DNA of 51,249 nucleotides. Source: a virus (taxonomy: Duplodnaviria > Caudoviricetes). A model generated the notes under the pieces. The model made no database searches. It worked only from the letters and a program-made list of their open reading frames with translations, and was not told the origin of the DNA. Location of the stretch: positions 1 through 51,249 of the IMG/VR virus record IMGVR_UViG_3300033145_001039; one strand, given 5' to 3'. Position numbers and translations under genes: made by a program. This document shows positions 9,850 through 19,620 of this stretch, one piece after another. The first letter of the stretch is position 1. Every line of letters begins with the position of its first letter.

Positions 9850-10451
9850 ACCAACTGTTCTATCATGTCATCTAGAGTTGTAGCGACATCTTGGGCTTCC
9901 TTCTTATCCGGCACATCTACAAGACCCAAAACCCAATGAAACATGGTCTCGATCTTTTGCGCCGGTTCATTCGATAGAAGCCGATCCACGAACTCCTTGT
10001 TCACGACTATTGTCTCGTCCCCTTCCTCTATCTCCATGCCGTATTCCTGTTGGAACGCCAGCGTCAGTGCTTCCAACATGAGATCCCGAGGGGAACGATC
10101 GGGATTGTGGTTAAATGGCTCAAAAATGGCATCTACATACGGTCCCCACTTGGCTATAATGCCTGCCTTGAATCGAGCCATCCATAGCCGTGCCTCATCC
10201 TTGCTCTTGAATTGATCGGGGAGCCCTTCTTCCCTCAACGCACCCAAGACACTATCCACACAGTCCGCAATTGCCATAGCAGCCTTGTTGCGGATTGCGC
10301 CCAAGTTGATTCCGGCCAACTTTTCAAATTGGGCCTGGCGAAGCAAGGACAGACGGGGCAGGATGATTTTCTGCCCCGCCACCTCAAACTCCCGCTTGTG
10401 AGCCTCTTTGGCCCCAGCCTTATAAGCTTTGAGCAAGCTAGACTTGCCCAT
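9756..10451 (-). CDS. Tail assembly chaperone (gpG-like)
   Basis: Position between tail tube and tape measure; contains slippery heptamer near the 3' end. Confidence 0.75.
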   Translation of the reverse strand: MGKSSLLKAYKAGAKEAHKREFEVAGQKIILPRLSLLRQAQFEKLAGINLGAIRNKAAMAIADCVDSVLGALREEGLPDQFKSKDEARLWMARFKAGIIAKWGPYVDAIFEPFNHNPDRSPRDLMLEALTLAFQQEYGMEIEEGDETIVVNKEFVDRLLSNEPAQKIETMFHWVLGLVDVPDKKEAQDVATTLDDMIEQLVGNPKVSERKPPKKSTTSTSSRSSRQRTDSA

Positions 10452-11347
10452 TACGCCTCCTTAGTCGCCCCGATAATGCCGTTTACCTGTAGCGTGATGT
10501 TGCGATTCTGTACTCCTTCGAGCGGAATCGTGTGTTCTACGCCCTTTATATATGCCCAGAACTCAAACCGATCTTTGACGGTCCCCTTCTGTGTGAACAA
10601 AGCCACGAATACTGGGGTATCAGAGTCGATTTCCGGATATTCCTCGGTTGTACCCCAGTACGTAGTCACGGGAATCTCATCCGCCCGCTTGAGTGTCATG
10701 GTAAACGACCTGTATCCATCGTTGGCTTGAGCAGAAGCAAACGTAGTGGTGTCTTGGGCCTCGGCCACCAAGTTGACTCCCAATGTGCCATAGGCCCCCG
10801 CAATCTGCTCCATGAAAGCCACTTCGCAGTTGTCCACGTACCAGGTAAAGGCCGCTGCGGAATAGACCTCGAACTTGGCCTTCTTGGTATCCACGGGTGC
10901 CGATGTAAGGATTGACCATAGCCCCCAATCCCCATCCTCGCCTAGATATGGAGTGGACGATATAGACCGGGTAGCGCTGCCAAGTTCTACATCAGAGGCA
11001 TCTAGGAACGTGACCTTAAGAGTAGCTGTATTGCCACTCGCTAACTTGGCATAGCAGCGTGCAATGCAGTCACTGGCCTCGGTAAGGGCCGAATCGAGTG
11101 TAACTGTTTGCTCTAGTTCAACTCCCAATCCATCGTCCACGATCTTGACGCCTTTGGAGTTAATACCATAACCCCAATCTCCGACCGTAGCTGTACCAGT
11201 ACCAGTATCGCCAATGTTGACCGTCCACCCAGTGAGGTCGCCAGTCTCGAAATCGGGGTTCGTAAGGAGCTGATGCAGCGTGCTCCCTCCTACGGCCACA
11301 CCTATAGATTTATAGATGGCCGCCAAATACCCCTGAATTGCAGTCAC
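10451..11347 (-). CDS. Second tail-tube-like protein with inserted carbohydrate-binding (CBM4/9-like) domain
   Basis: N-terminus MTAIQGY resembles MAGIAGY of the neighbouring tube gene; LLTNPDFETGDLTGW...WYVDNCEV jelly-roll insert; tube-like DTTTF...YRSF...ITLQVNG C-terminus. Confidence 0.6.
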   Translation of the reverse strand: MTAIQGYLAAIYKSIGVAVGGSTLHQLLTNPDFETGDLTGWTVNIGDTGTGTATVGDWGYGINSKGVKIVDDGLGVELEQTVTLDSALTEASDCIARCYAKLASGNTATLKVTFLDASDVELGSATRSISSTPYLGEDGDWGLWSILTSAPVDTKKAKFEVYSAAAFTWYVDNCEVAFMEQIAGAYGTLGVNLVAEAQDTTTFASAQANDGYRSFTMTLKRADEIPVTTYWGTTEEYPEIDSDTPVFVALFTQKGTVKDRFEFWAYIKGVEHTIPLEGVQNRNITLQVNGIIGATKEA

Positions 11348-11358
11348 TGGCTACCTCC

Positions 11359-11760
11359 TTACAGGTTGTCCGTGGTTGGTGCGCCATTCAGCAAGAACTC
11401 GATGGTGTACTCCTGGTACCCATCCATAGTTGTCCTCCAGCCGCACTGCGTCACCAGATAATCCGCGACCCAAAGCGTGGTCCCGGATTCGGACTCAATC
11501 GTCATTGTGACCGTGGTCTCGTTTGTCCAGGCCGTCCGACATGCCGCAATGGCTGCATTGGCAGCTTCATATCTCACTGGGAGAGAGAACCGCTGCTCAT
11601 CCACCAAGCCCAAGATATAAGTCCGGTATGGTAGCGAAGTATCCCCCAGTGCCGTCTCGTCAATCGAGGCTTTCGCCTTGGTCACGACCACATCCCCCTT
11701 TACCGGGAGAATGTCGGTCCCTATCTTCACTACGCCTTTGTAGCCCGCTATACCAGCCAT
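11359..11760 (-). CDS. Major tail tube protein
   Basis: MAGIAGYKGVVKIG...IDETALGD...RTYILGL...EYTIEFLLNGAPT pattern; follows tail terminator. Confidence 0.75.
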   Translation of the reverse strand: MAGIAGYKGVVKIGTDILPVKGDVVVTKAKASIDETALGDTSLPYRTYILGLVDEQRFSLPVRYEAANAAIAACRTAWTNETTVTMTIESESGTTLWVADYLVTQCGWRTTMDGYQEYTIEFLLNGAPTTDNL

Positions 11761-11771
11761 GTGTCACCTCC

Positions 11772-12191
11772 TCAAGAGCACAAAAGTACCCAATACCTAT
11801 GCATCCCCCGGAAGTACGTGACTCCCGCCTCTTCCTCTCTCTCCACAAAACCTGTCGGCAGAGGGAAGACCCGTACCGACCCCCAGCCCGACACTGTTAG
11901 TGTTGCAGTGGCCAATGAGACAAATAGAGCGTCCCCGAGCTGCACTGCCTCGGTATAGCTGGTGCTATACCAATCCACCTGGAACCGGACCCAACTAGCA
12001 GCCGGATCTACCACACCTAGCACATACTCGTGGCGCGAGGAGATCGGGAGCGTATACGTGATGTAGGGCATGGCCGGATTCTCGGCTACCCCCGCAGGGT
12101 AGACCCGGGTATCGACAAAAGTGGTAATGCTGTCATCGCCCACTATATGAGCACGCAAAGCCTTGGCCAGCTCCTCCATCCACGCATTCAT
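11772..12191 (-). CDS. Tail terminator/completion protein (DUF3168-like)
   Basis: RVYP...MPYITY...RFQVDWYS motif; start refined to ATG 12191. Confidence 0.8.
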   Translation of the reverse strand: MNAWMEELAKALRAHIVGDDSITTFVDTRVYPAGVAENPAMPYITYTLPISSRHEYVLGVVDPAASWVRFQVDWYSTSYTEAVQLGDALFVSLATATLTVSGWGSVRVFPLPTGFVEREEEAGVTYFRGMHRYWVLLCS

Positions 12192-12568
12192 ATTGCCCCC
12201 AGCATTCGCTTCCAGTCGCCCCACACCTGGTCCATCGTGAGAGACAGCCAAGGTCGCTGCTTCATGTGTTCGGTTCCTACTTCCAGCCAGTATGCATAGT
12301 CCAGTGATTTGCCCTCGGCTTCTCTTTTCAGTACACCCCACCTACCCACTATCTGCGTTGCCCCAACGATTAGCTCAAAGGTGATATTGTCGCGCAAAGT
12401 GCCATAATCTACGCGGGGATAGCCACCCGGTGGCGAAGGCACGTCCATGTGGAGCATATTGTCCTTGGCAGTCTGTACGGCCAGGGCCACACAATCTCTC
12501 ACCCGATCTTGGGCATTGCCCTGAACTGAAGCGATAAATGATCGTGGAGCCCAAGTCACTTTTTTCAC
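12188..12568 (-). CDS. Neck/tail completion protein (HK97 gp10-like)
   Basis: PRVDYGTLRDNI...YAYWLEVGTEHMKQRPWL motif. Confidence 0.85.
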   Translation of the reverse strand: MKKVTWAPRSFIASVQGNAQDRVRDCVALAVQTAKDNMLHMDVPSPPGGYPRVDYGTLRDNITFELIVGATQIVGRWGVLKREAEGKSLDYAYWLEVGTEHMKQRPWLSLTMDQVWGDWKRMLGAI

Positions 12569-12903
12569 GATGTTACCCCCTCCACGTACACAGCCCAGGC
12601 CTCTTTGTGGTGGCCCATCTTGTCCACGTCTTCTACCGACAGAATTTCATAGTATTCATTGAGGAATGCCACCCGATCCCCGGGCCTCACATCGGCTGTG
12701 CTATAGAACAAGATCTTATGTGTAGCCACCTCGTGTTCTCCCCCTGCCACCGCTGCCATTCCCTGCCTCTCCAAAGGAGACGCCGATATAATCCGGGCCT
12801 GAACCGCTGCCGTTACCGTTGCCCAAGTCTTTACGGGTTCCCCGAGGTCATTTACGGTCTCGGTTGCTCTCTCTACGCTTACCAGTTGATTTAGCCCTAT
12901 CAT
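12565..12903 (-). CDS. Head closure/stopper protein (SPP1 gp16-like)
   Basis: ND.GEP..TW...DVRPGDRV...YYEILSVEDVD pattern. Confidence 0.85.
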   Translation of the reverse strand: MIGLNQLVSVERATETVNDLGEPVKTWATVTAAVQARIISASPLERQGMAAVAGGEHEVATHKILFYSTADVRPGDRVAFLNEYYEILSVEDVDKMGHHKEAWAVYVEGVTS

Positions 12904-13505
12904 TCGATCACCGGTAGCTTGAACTGATCCAGACGCCGCAAGAGATCTGCCATATCGTCTTCAGGCGATACAAATACAGCGGACATCTCCCCTACCGTGA
13001 TCCTTTCGGCGTTCTTGTCCTCTCGGTACCGCTGGTCAATCCTGAGCAGCCATCGACAGGCAATCTCCAGCACTATCTCCTTCAGCTCAGACGGAATGGG
13101 GATGTGATCCCCGGAATCGTCAGAGTATCCGCCGACATACGTGATGGATATAGCCTTCGGATCGCGCTCAAATGGCGCCCGGCTCTCTAAGTCACGCAAC
13201 CGAGTTCCCTCTATGTAGATGTAGAACGGATAGATATAGAAGTCATCATTCTCGGCAAGCGCGACGCCGTTATAGGTTAAAGATGAAACGGACACGATGG
13301 GGGGACGAGAGATGCCGATGACCACCCCCCCATCGTGTTCTTCGGTTACCTCTGCTTCATCAAAGGAGCGGTGGCAATAAGATTCGGCAAATGCCTTGGC
13401 TCTATCCAGAAGCTCAGACACATCGAGCCCATAGGAGGTTGCCCCATCAGTCAAGGCAATCCCCGTACGAGCCTCTACGTCACTAGCTGTAGGCCATGAC
13501 ATCAC
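12900..13505 (-). CDS. Head-tail adaptor/connector protein
   Basis: A.AFAESYCHRSF...PPIVSVSSL...ITYVGGY...IPSELKEIVL pattern. Confidence 0.8.
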   Translation of the reverse strand: MMSWPTASDVEARTGIALTDGATSYGLDVSELLDRAKAFAESYCHRSFDEAEVTEEHDGGVVIGISRPPIVSVSSLTYNGVALAENDDFYIYPFYIYIEGTRLRDLESRAPFERDPKAISITYVGGYSDDSGDHIPIPSELKEIVLEIACRWLLRIDQRYREDKNAERITVGEMSAVFVSPEDDMADLLRRLDQFKLPVIE

Positions 13506-13522
13506 CGACCGCCCCCTCTAGC

Positions 13523-13912
13523 CTAGCTCGCCGGAACCTGGAATCTATTCCAGCCCACCACAACTGCACCAATCAATGCATTCTTGGCGTTGGTCACTTT
13601 ATACTGGATCCGCACATACCTCTTGAGGTTTTTAAGCTCATAGGCATGTACGGCATTGGCTCCAGTATTCGTGAAGGACTGGTCCGCGCTGAGTACATCC
13701 GCAGCCCCGGTCCCCGAATCATCCTCCGCCGTTTGGCACTGAATAGTGACTGTAGTGGCAGCATCAATGGCGCCCGCCGAGACAAGCAGGACGCCATCCC
13801 GGAAGTTCTTCAAGTCCACCCAGCTGCCATCATGCTCAGACCCATCGCCAGAGATGGTCTGCGGATCTAGCAACTGGACAGCGTACTTGCTATCGCTATA
13901 GTTCTCCCTCAT
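13523..13912 (-). CDS. Putative capsid decoration/auxiliary head protein
   Basis: Small beta-rich protein immediately after the capsid gene; G.WVDL...LKRYVR motif. Confidence 0.55.
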   Translation of the reverse strand: MRENYSDSKYAVQLLDPQTISGDGSEHDGSWVDLKNFRDGVLLVSAGAIDAATTVTIQCQTAEDDSGTGAADVLSADQSFTNTGANAVHAYELKNLKRYVRIQYKVTNAKNALIGAVVVGWNRFQVPAS

Positions 13913-13924
13913 CTATATCACCTC

Positions 13925-15121
13925 CTACGAGGTGGTCACGCCAGTCAGAATCTGGAACTTGTCCGGCTGGCGAGGCACGCCGTCTACCCGATGCACGGCC
14001 CGAATTCCAATCTGCAGATGCTCAGCATAGCGCTCTCGAAGCACCTTGATCTCGATACCGCCGCCCTCTGCGATAGCGAAGTCCGGGAAGTTCCCAAGCA
14101 CGATGAAGGACTCGTTGCCGCCCGCACCCAGGTTCACGGGGATCTGCGAAGTGGTATAGACCGGCAGACCCAAGATCCGGTTCGGTGGAGTATTCGACAG
14201 ATCAAGCACATAGTCGTAAGCAGCCGCACCGGTCTTGTGCTTGCGCAGGTAGTACAGGATGTTGGAGTGCATCAACCAGGCGTTGTATTCTCCATCCCGA
14301 GCTTCAATAGAAGCCATGGCATCAATGAGGTCATCGAATGTAGGGGTCCCGCCAATGGATGTAGTGTTGATCTCTGGATTATTGTATATGCCCAGGGGTT
14401 GATCCCCGCCGGTGCCAAGGAGAAACGCATAGTCCTCGGCAAGGGCAATCTGTTGCACCAAGTCATTCCGGACCACGGTCTCCGCAGACACTACCGAGTG
14501 AAGAAGCAAGTCCTCATCAATCTTAGTCAGCGCAGCCAAGCGCCGCAGATCAAGGGTGACTTGCCCGAAGGTCTGTTCGCTGGCCGTAATCGTGGAATTG
14601 GATTGCCCCACCCAGTATGCTGTAGCGCTTCCAGTGAGCCGCGGGATGTTAAGCCGTTGTGGAGCATTGGGAATGACCAGGGCACCCGCAGCCCTCATCA
14701 CAGCCTTAGCCCGTAGTTTGTCAATCAGCTCACTAGAAAGCTCCGTGGGCACCAAGAACCCGCCGGACGTGTCGTCTTCAATGTTGAGTTCCTTCATCGT
14801 GTACTGCACCCACTCTTTTTCGAGGTCCGCATCCTTCCACACGCCCAAGGCTACGCCTCGCACCGCTTTGGCGATGCTGAACTGTTTCAACTCCTTGGGC
14901 TTCTTGGGATGAATCGCGGGCTTGCCAAAGGTAGCTTCGTTCTCGCGATTGACCGCATCCTCCGGGTCAACCGCAGCTACCTTCGTGGGATCTTTGCGCT
15001 CCACCCCCTCGGTCTTGGCAGACTCTTTGCCCGCCTCTTCTGCCTCTAGCTTGGCCTTGGCCGCAGCTATTAGCTCCTTGACTTCCTCATTCGTCAGGTC
15101 ATCGAGGATTTTTTCCTCCAT
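13925..15121 (-). CDS. Major capsid protein, HK97 fold
   Basis: GGFLVPTELSSELI...FGQVTL...ILGLPV...GNF...IRAVHRVDG; start refined to ATG 15121. Confidence 0.95.
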   Translation of the reverse strand: MEEKILDDLTNEEVKELIAAAKAKLEAEEAGKESAKTEGVERKDPTKVAAVDPEDAVNRENEATFGKPAIHPKKPKELKQFSIAKAVRGVALGVWKDADLEKEWVQYTMKELNIEDDTSGGFLVPTELSSELIDKLRAKAVMRAAGALVIPNAPQRLNIPRLTGSATAYWVGQSNSTITASEQTFGQVTLDLRRLAALTKIDEDLLLHSVVSAETVVRNDLVQQIALAEDYAFLLGTGGDQPLGIYNNPEINTTSIGGTPTFDDLIDAMASIEARDGEYNAWLMHSNILYYLRKHKTGAAAYDYVLDLSNTPPNRILGLPVYTTSQIPVNLGAGGNESFIVLGNFPDFAIAEGGGIEIKVLRERYAEHLQIGIRAVHRVDGVPRQPDKFQILTGVTTS

Positions 15122-15126
15122 AAGCC

Positions 15127-16515
15127 TCACCCCCTCAGTATGGTTCGAGCTGCCAATTCGGCACACTCTTTTCTCCACCTGGCCGCCTCTTTATTGGCAG
15201 CCCCCAGCTCCTCCTCCATCCGCCGCACGATCTTCCCGATCAGGGCAAATGCTTCCTCGGCCCCGATGGCCCCCGCTACCCATGCTATCCGCACATCATT
15301 GGGCGTCTTCAGGTCGTCATATGCCTCCGGGAACAGCTCTACGAGCTCCTCCGCCGTGTAAGCCCGGAACTCGGGTGGCTCCTTGTCAAACTCCTTGTAG
15401 TGCTTGACCAAGTGGTTGTAGCAACCTTTGCGATCACTATCTGGGATGTTGACTCCACCCCGGGCACCGAACAGTACTCCCGTAGCCGCAGCGACACCCC
15501 GCCACACCACAGCATGCCCCTTCGCTTTGTGGTGGGGGAGCTTGTAAGAGCCCTTGACATCAGGCTTCTCAGAATCGTACCAAGTACACATCACCTTGAG
15601 ATCCGCTATATCCGCCGCCGTAACTTCGGCCGATCCATTCCAGGGCTCATCTTCGGGAGCCTTCGGTGTCCCATTGGGATGAGCAGCCCCGTAAGTAATA
15701 ACGCCTTTTTCGATATCTTCTGTTGTAGGGATGTCCTCTATAACGATCTTGACGGCGCCGATAGGAGGTATTTCCTTCGAAACCGTCCATGCCGACGTAT
15801 CCGGAGTAGCTGTGCCACTGTCAATTCTCGCTATAGGGTCAACTGTGCCATTGTCAATCCTCGCTATAGGATCATCGGTGGACCATACCCCTCCAGCAGC
15901 GCCCTTGACCACAGCAGGCCAATACTTCTTGGCAGAGTCAGTTCGCAATGCCTCCTGATTGGCCGGGACAGTCACAACAGAGAATTCCAGTAGCTCCCAT
16001 TCCGGAAAAGCGAGACCGCTAAATCGGATCCCCCCAAACTTCCCATCGGCTTCATCGGCCGTGATGATTTCCCGAGGCAGAAAGCCTATTGAGGTAGCAT
16101 TCAAGAATCCCCCCGCCCACAGTTTGTATGCATACTCGGCCAATGGATTCTCATCAGCTCGCGCAAACTCCCACTCTGCGACAATTTTCTTTTTCTGCCG
16201 TTCGAGTTTGCTTGTCCTCCCTATAGGAAGCCCACCATGGTTATGGTTTAGCAGTACGACGGGATTCTTTTCATAGTTCTCGGTAATTGCCCCCGAAGGA
16301 ACCACCACATCGCCGTCCCGGTCCTGGACCAGAGACGTGATAACAGCACGACCGAGCCGCCCCTCTGAATTCAACCGTCCGACAGACAGTTTGTAGATCG
16401 CTGCAAGTTCCCCGGCCTTATACGCTTCTATCACGCCCTCGGCTGGAAGGACTAGGGGCTTGTCCTCATGTGTTAGAAGGACTTTGGTCGCAACCGGCCC
16501 CGTTTTCACTTTCAC
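15127..16515 (-). CDS. HK97-family prohead protease with long C-terminal extension
   Basis: DRDGDVV...NPVVLLNHNH..LPIG...SIGF...ELLEFSVVTVPAN; extra domain with YKLPHH. Confidence 0.9.
   Translation of the reverse strand: MKVKTGPVATKVLLTHEDKPLVLPAEGVIEAYKAGELAAIYKLSVGRLNSEGRLGRAVITSLVQDRDGDVVVPSGAITENYEKNPVVLLNHNHGGLPIGRTSKLERQKKKIVAEWEFARADENPLAEYAYKLWAGGFLNATSIGFLPREIITADEADGKFGGIRFSGLAFPEWELLEFSVVTVPANQEALRTDSAKKYWPAVVKGAAGGVWSTDDPIARIDNGTVDPIARIDSGTATPDTSAWTVSKEIPPIGAVKIVIEDIPTTEDIEKGVITYGAAHPNGTPKAPEDEPWNGSAEVTAADIADLKVMCTWYDSEKPDVKGSYKLPHHKAKGHAVVWRGVAAATGVLFGARGGVNIPDSDRKGCYNHLVKHYKEFDKEPPEFRAYTAEELVELFPEAYDDLKTPNDVRIAWVAGAIGAEEAFALIGKIVRRMEEELGAANKEAARWRKECAELAARTILRG
15811..15873. 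repeat. 33-bp imperfect tandem duplication within the protease linker (DPIARIDNGTV/DPIARIDSGT)
   Basis: tgtgccactgtcaattctcgctatagggtc / tgtgccattgtcaatcctcgctataggatc. Confidence 0.8.
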
Positions 16516-16652
16516 TTTTTCACCTCCCTGGCTTTCCTTCGAGTTTTGCGGATAGGGAGCCGCCCCAACTTAAGCATAGGTGAACCGCATCTGGGGCACT
16601 CTCGTGCCCAGCCCTTGACTATCATGCCGCAGTTAGGACATACCATCCGCAT
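16512..16652 (-). CDS. 46-aa zinc-ribbon protein (CPNC...CPRC) with basic tail
   Basis: Manual translation MRMVCPNCGMIVKGWARECPRCGSPMLKLGRLPIRKTRRKAREVKK; RBS GGAG; stop overlaps the protease start. Confidence 0.7.
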   Translation of the reverse strand: MRMVCPNCGMIVKGWARECPRCGSPMLKLGRLPIRKTRRKAREVKK

Positions 16653-16660
16653 ATCTCCAT

Positions 16661-17365
16661 CTAGCTACCTGGGGTTCCAGTAGTCCAGTAGATATAAATC
16701 GTTGCGGAACCCGCAGAAGCATCTCCGTTTTGACCCGTGTAAGAACCAGTGATAGTTAGATCGCTGCCCCCCACATCCCCGATATTGGCATACGGCATAG
16801 TGGCCCCACTCCCCATCCTTGCTACACCCTCAGAGTTAACATCATGGTCATCGACAAGGGCATCTGGATCGGCAGACCACCCAACATTTAGCAAGTCTGT
16901 CCCAGAATCATCAAAAGCCGTGTCTACAATTACGACCACATCTACGATGTCAGCATCCGCCGGCAAGACAAACAGATCTTTAGCTGTAGAATCGGTATAG
17001 GCCACAGTATTTACTGACACAAAGACCGGCCCTGCATTGGTTGCGGAAGCATGAGAGATATTGGCACTCCCCACTAACTCAAGTTGGTCATCGCTTTCAT
17101 CCCACTGCAGAGCAGCCCCGGCGGTTGCCCCGTAGAAGGTGATGTCATAGCCAGTGTCGTCCTCCCCCACAGTAAGGGTGCCGGACAGACTTATATTGCC
17201 TCCGAACGTTGCCCCGGCCAGCGTATCTAGCCGTCCACTGGCCGTTATCCCTGCAATTACCGTGTCGCCGCTTACCCAGTAGATCCAGTAATTGGACGCA
17301 GTTAGGGCAAACGCACTCAAGCCCGCCATTACGAGCAGGCCCACAACTGCCATAAACTTCTTCAT
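16661..17365 (-). CDS. Signal-peptide-bearing beta-rich protein in the head module
   Basis: MKK + hydrophobic core + AFA cleavage-like motif; Gly/Thr/Asp-rich virion-like composition. Confidence 0.7.
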   Translation of the reverse strand: MKKFMAVVGLLVMAGLSAFALTASNYWIYWVSGDTVIAGITASGRLDTLAGATFGGNISLSGTLTVGEDDTGYDITFYGATAGAALQWDESDDQLELVGSANISHASATNAGPVFVSVNTVAYTDSTAKDLFVLPADADIVDVVVIVDTAFDDSGTDLLNVGWSADPDALVDDHDVNSEGVARMGSGATMPYANIGDVGGSDLTITGSYTGQNGDASAGSATIYIYWTTGTPGS

Positions 17366-19524
17366 GCCCCACCTCCTTCACCCGCCATCTCAAGGAAATA
17401 GCGGACATATCTGTCTCCTTCGCGCCTGAAAAACGCGGCCAGCTCCTCTTGGTACTTGTGCCCTTCCCCTTGTTCAACGCCCAGAAGAAACACGTCGAAC
17501 TCTTTCCAGTACTCCTCGTCATTGATCTTTGCGCCCTCTATTACAGGCGCCTCGGTACAACGGCAATTTATGATGTTGGATGCAGACGCACCCAAACTAC
17601 CATCCCTGGGATGCATCATCTGCTCTATATCGCCATTCTCATTGGGCACCTCGAACGGTTGATCCATGGGGCGTTCTTGACGGTGAATCTGCATGTGCCA
17701 ATCCCTCACTCTCATATCCAACGTCGCTATCCACATGTGCCTTTGGATGCCTACATCGTTGTACAGCTTGTGTTGTCCAAAAGCCGTAGCAGCTCCTGCT
17801 TCAGTTCGTGCTATGCGCTCAGCCCGTACCGTAGACATCCAGTCGAACCGTCGCCGAATGCGGCTAGCTATTGCCTTTGGCCCTTCCCCTTCTCTCATTC
17901 CTTCCCGAATTACTCGTACAATGTCGCGCCGGGTGACCTCGTCAATGCCCTTGATTAGCTTGCCCATGCGCTGGTCTATCCAGTGCTGAATCGCATCAAT
18001 GAAGTTGAACCGCTCTTCCCAGTCAATCGGCACCGGATGGCCCAAATCACCAAGGGTATTGACCGCATGCTTGGCCCCCAGTAAAGCCAGAATAGGCAGG
18101 AACGATATGTGAACCCGCCGCTGGTCTTCCAAGCTCTCGCTTTCGGGAGGCAAGAATGCTTCGGGAACTCCTCCCGCGGGCTTGTCTTTTACAATGGATT
18201 TGTTGGCAAAAGATTTTTGAGGGGCAACCGTTCCCGCAGCCTGTACATTGATCGGGAGAATGACAGCATCTACAAGGTCCCCTTCAGCCCTAGGTTTGCC
18301 CCACCAATTGCGCAGCTCGTTCTTAGTCCAGCCTTGATCGGTAAGAAGCCGCCCAACCCTGGCCTTTTCTGTCACATCCTCCTGCAGGGCCTCGATCGCA
18401 GACACATCGAATACCAGCCGGACATTCTCTCCATCAGGGACTAGAGCATAGTTCAGCACAGATTCAATCTTCCCTAGACGGGGGAGAACTGTATTTTCAT
18501 AGAACAGCCGCCGCATGGTCTGTGCCGCTGCTCGGTTCACATCCTTGTAAAGCCCCACCACGATGGGCGGTACCCCGTATACAGCCAGGACCTCTTCTCT
18601 GGTCCAGCCACGCAACTCCAGGAAACCCATGTCCCTGTGAGAGGGAGATACGGGTTGATATTTGAGTCCTTTGCCGAGCACTGCCGTGCGGTGGGCCTTG
18701 CGCGGCCCCCGGTAGCGCTCCTCCCACAGCGCCCGCATAGCCCGAGATTGAGCCGGAGTAATATCTTGCTCGGTGCTCAAAACACCGCCGGGAGTAGCAT
18801 CGTTGTCGAAAAACATCCTATTCCAGTCAATCGCCCGCAGGTCGGCAATCAACGCCTGGCGCAGGACCTCAGTAGGGGCTAAGCCATAGTAAGGGTTCTC
18901 AGGATGGAAATATTTGAAGGCCACAATCTCATCACTAGCGAATACAATTGCATTAGCTCCGCGCCTATAAATATACCCTTGTACCAGTTTGTCTTCGCCG
19001 GGAATTACCCAGATATGTCGCGGGTCGATGTAAGGCCACAGCCCTCGAAGGGTTCTCTTGGCCTGGTCAGCAAAAATCTTCTCAGCATAAGCCACCCCCT
19101 CCAGCTCAAGATAGGTTACTATGGCCTCTAGAAACTCATGTCGCGTGATGTGGGCCTCGGGGAGCGGATTCTCCAGCACTGAAAGGAGAGGATGATTTTC
19201 AAGAACCTCGCCCCCCTCGGCCTTGACCCGCTCTAGTACATCCTCCCAGCGTTTGATCCCTAGAATAGACTTGTATGCGATTAGGGACTTCGGGATTCCG
19301 CCCTTAACACGTATTACCCGCAAGGGCACATCGGCAGCAGCTCGGGCAATGGCCTTTACTCCCGCATGAACCCACGGGTGGACGCGATACGCCTGAGAGA
19401 GGTCAGTCCACCTCCCACTATGGGAAGCCTCAGCCCCTGCATAATCGGCCCAAGCAGCCACAACACGGCTGCCTGTTTCGGCCTTGATCCCTAATCCCTT
19501 CTCTAGCGCCGCCAGTATTCCCAC
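17362..19524 (-). CDS. HK97-family portal protein fused to a C-terminal MuF/gp7-like minor head domain
   Basis: Portal motifs YYGLAP...FFDNDATPGGVL...YGVPP...TKNELR; MuF motifs RAERIARTE...RVRDWH...HP.D...NIINCRC; start refined to GTG 19524. Confidence 0.9.
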   Translation of the reverse strand: MGILAALEKGLGIKAETGSRVVAAWADYAGAEASHSGRWTDLSQAYRVHPWVHAGVKAIARAAADVPLRVIRVKGGIPKSLIAYKSILGIKRWEDVLERVKAEGGEVLENHPLLSVLENPLPEAHITRHEFLEAIVTYLELEGVAYAEKIFADQAKRTLRGLWPYIDPRHIWVIPGEDKLVQGYIYRRGANAIVFASDEIVAFKYFHPENPYYGLAPTEVLRQALIADLRAIDWNRMFFDNDATPGGVLSTEQDITPAQSRAMRALWEERYRGPRKAHRTAVLGKGLKYQPVSPSHRDMGFLELRGWTREEVLAVYGVPPIVVGLYKDVNRAAAQTMRRLFYENTVLPRLGKIESVLNYALVPDGENVRLVFDVSAIEALQEDVTEKARVGRLLTDQGWTKNELRNWWGKPRAEGDLVDAVILPINVQAAGTVAPQKSFANKSIVKDKPAGGVPEAFLPPESESLEDQRRVHISFLPILALLGAKHAVNTLGDLGHPVPIDWEERFNFIDAIQHWIDQRMGKLIKGIDEVTRRDIVRVIREGMREGEGPKAIASRIRRRFDWMSTVRAERIARTEAGAATAFGQHKLYNDVGIQRHMWIATLDMRVRDWHMQIHRQERPMDQPFEVPNENGDIEQMMHPRDGSLGASASNIINCRCTEAPVIEGAKINDEEYWKEFDVFLLGVEQGEGHKYQEELAAFFRREGDRYVRYFLEMAGEGGGA

Positions 19525-19534
19525 GACCGCCCCC

Positions 19535-19620
19535 AAAAATTAAGGCCCCCGCATAGCGAGGGCCGTGTGTCTCACGGGCTACCTTGTGCCTATTCTACCA
19601 CAATCTGCGTTACTAGTCAA
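19535..19620 (-). promoter_or_regulatory. sigma70 promoter (TTGACT-17-TGgTAGAAT) + conserved leader + terminator-like hairpin upstream of portal
   Basis: -35 at 19615-19620, -10 at 19592-19597; hairpin GGCCCTCGC-TAT-GCGGGGGCC then TTAATTTTT. Confidence 0.7.
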
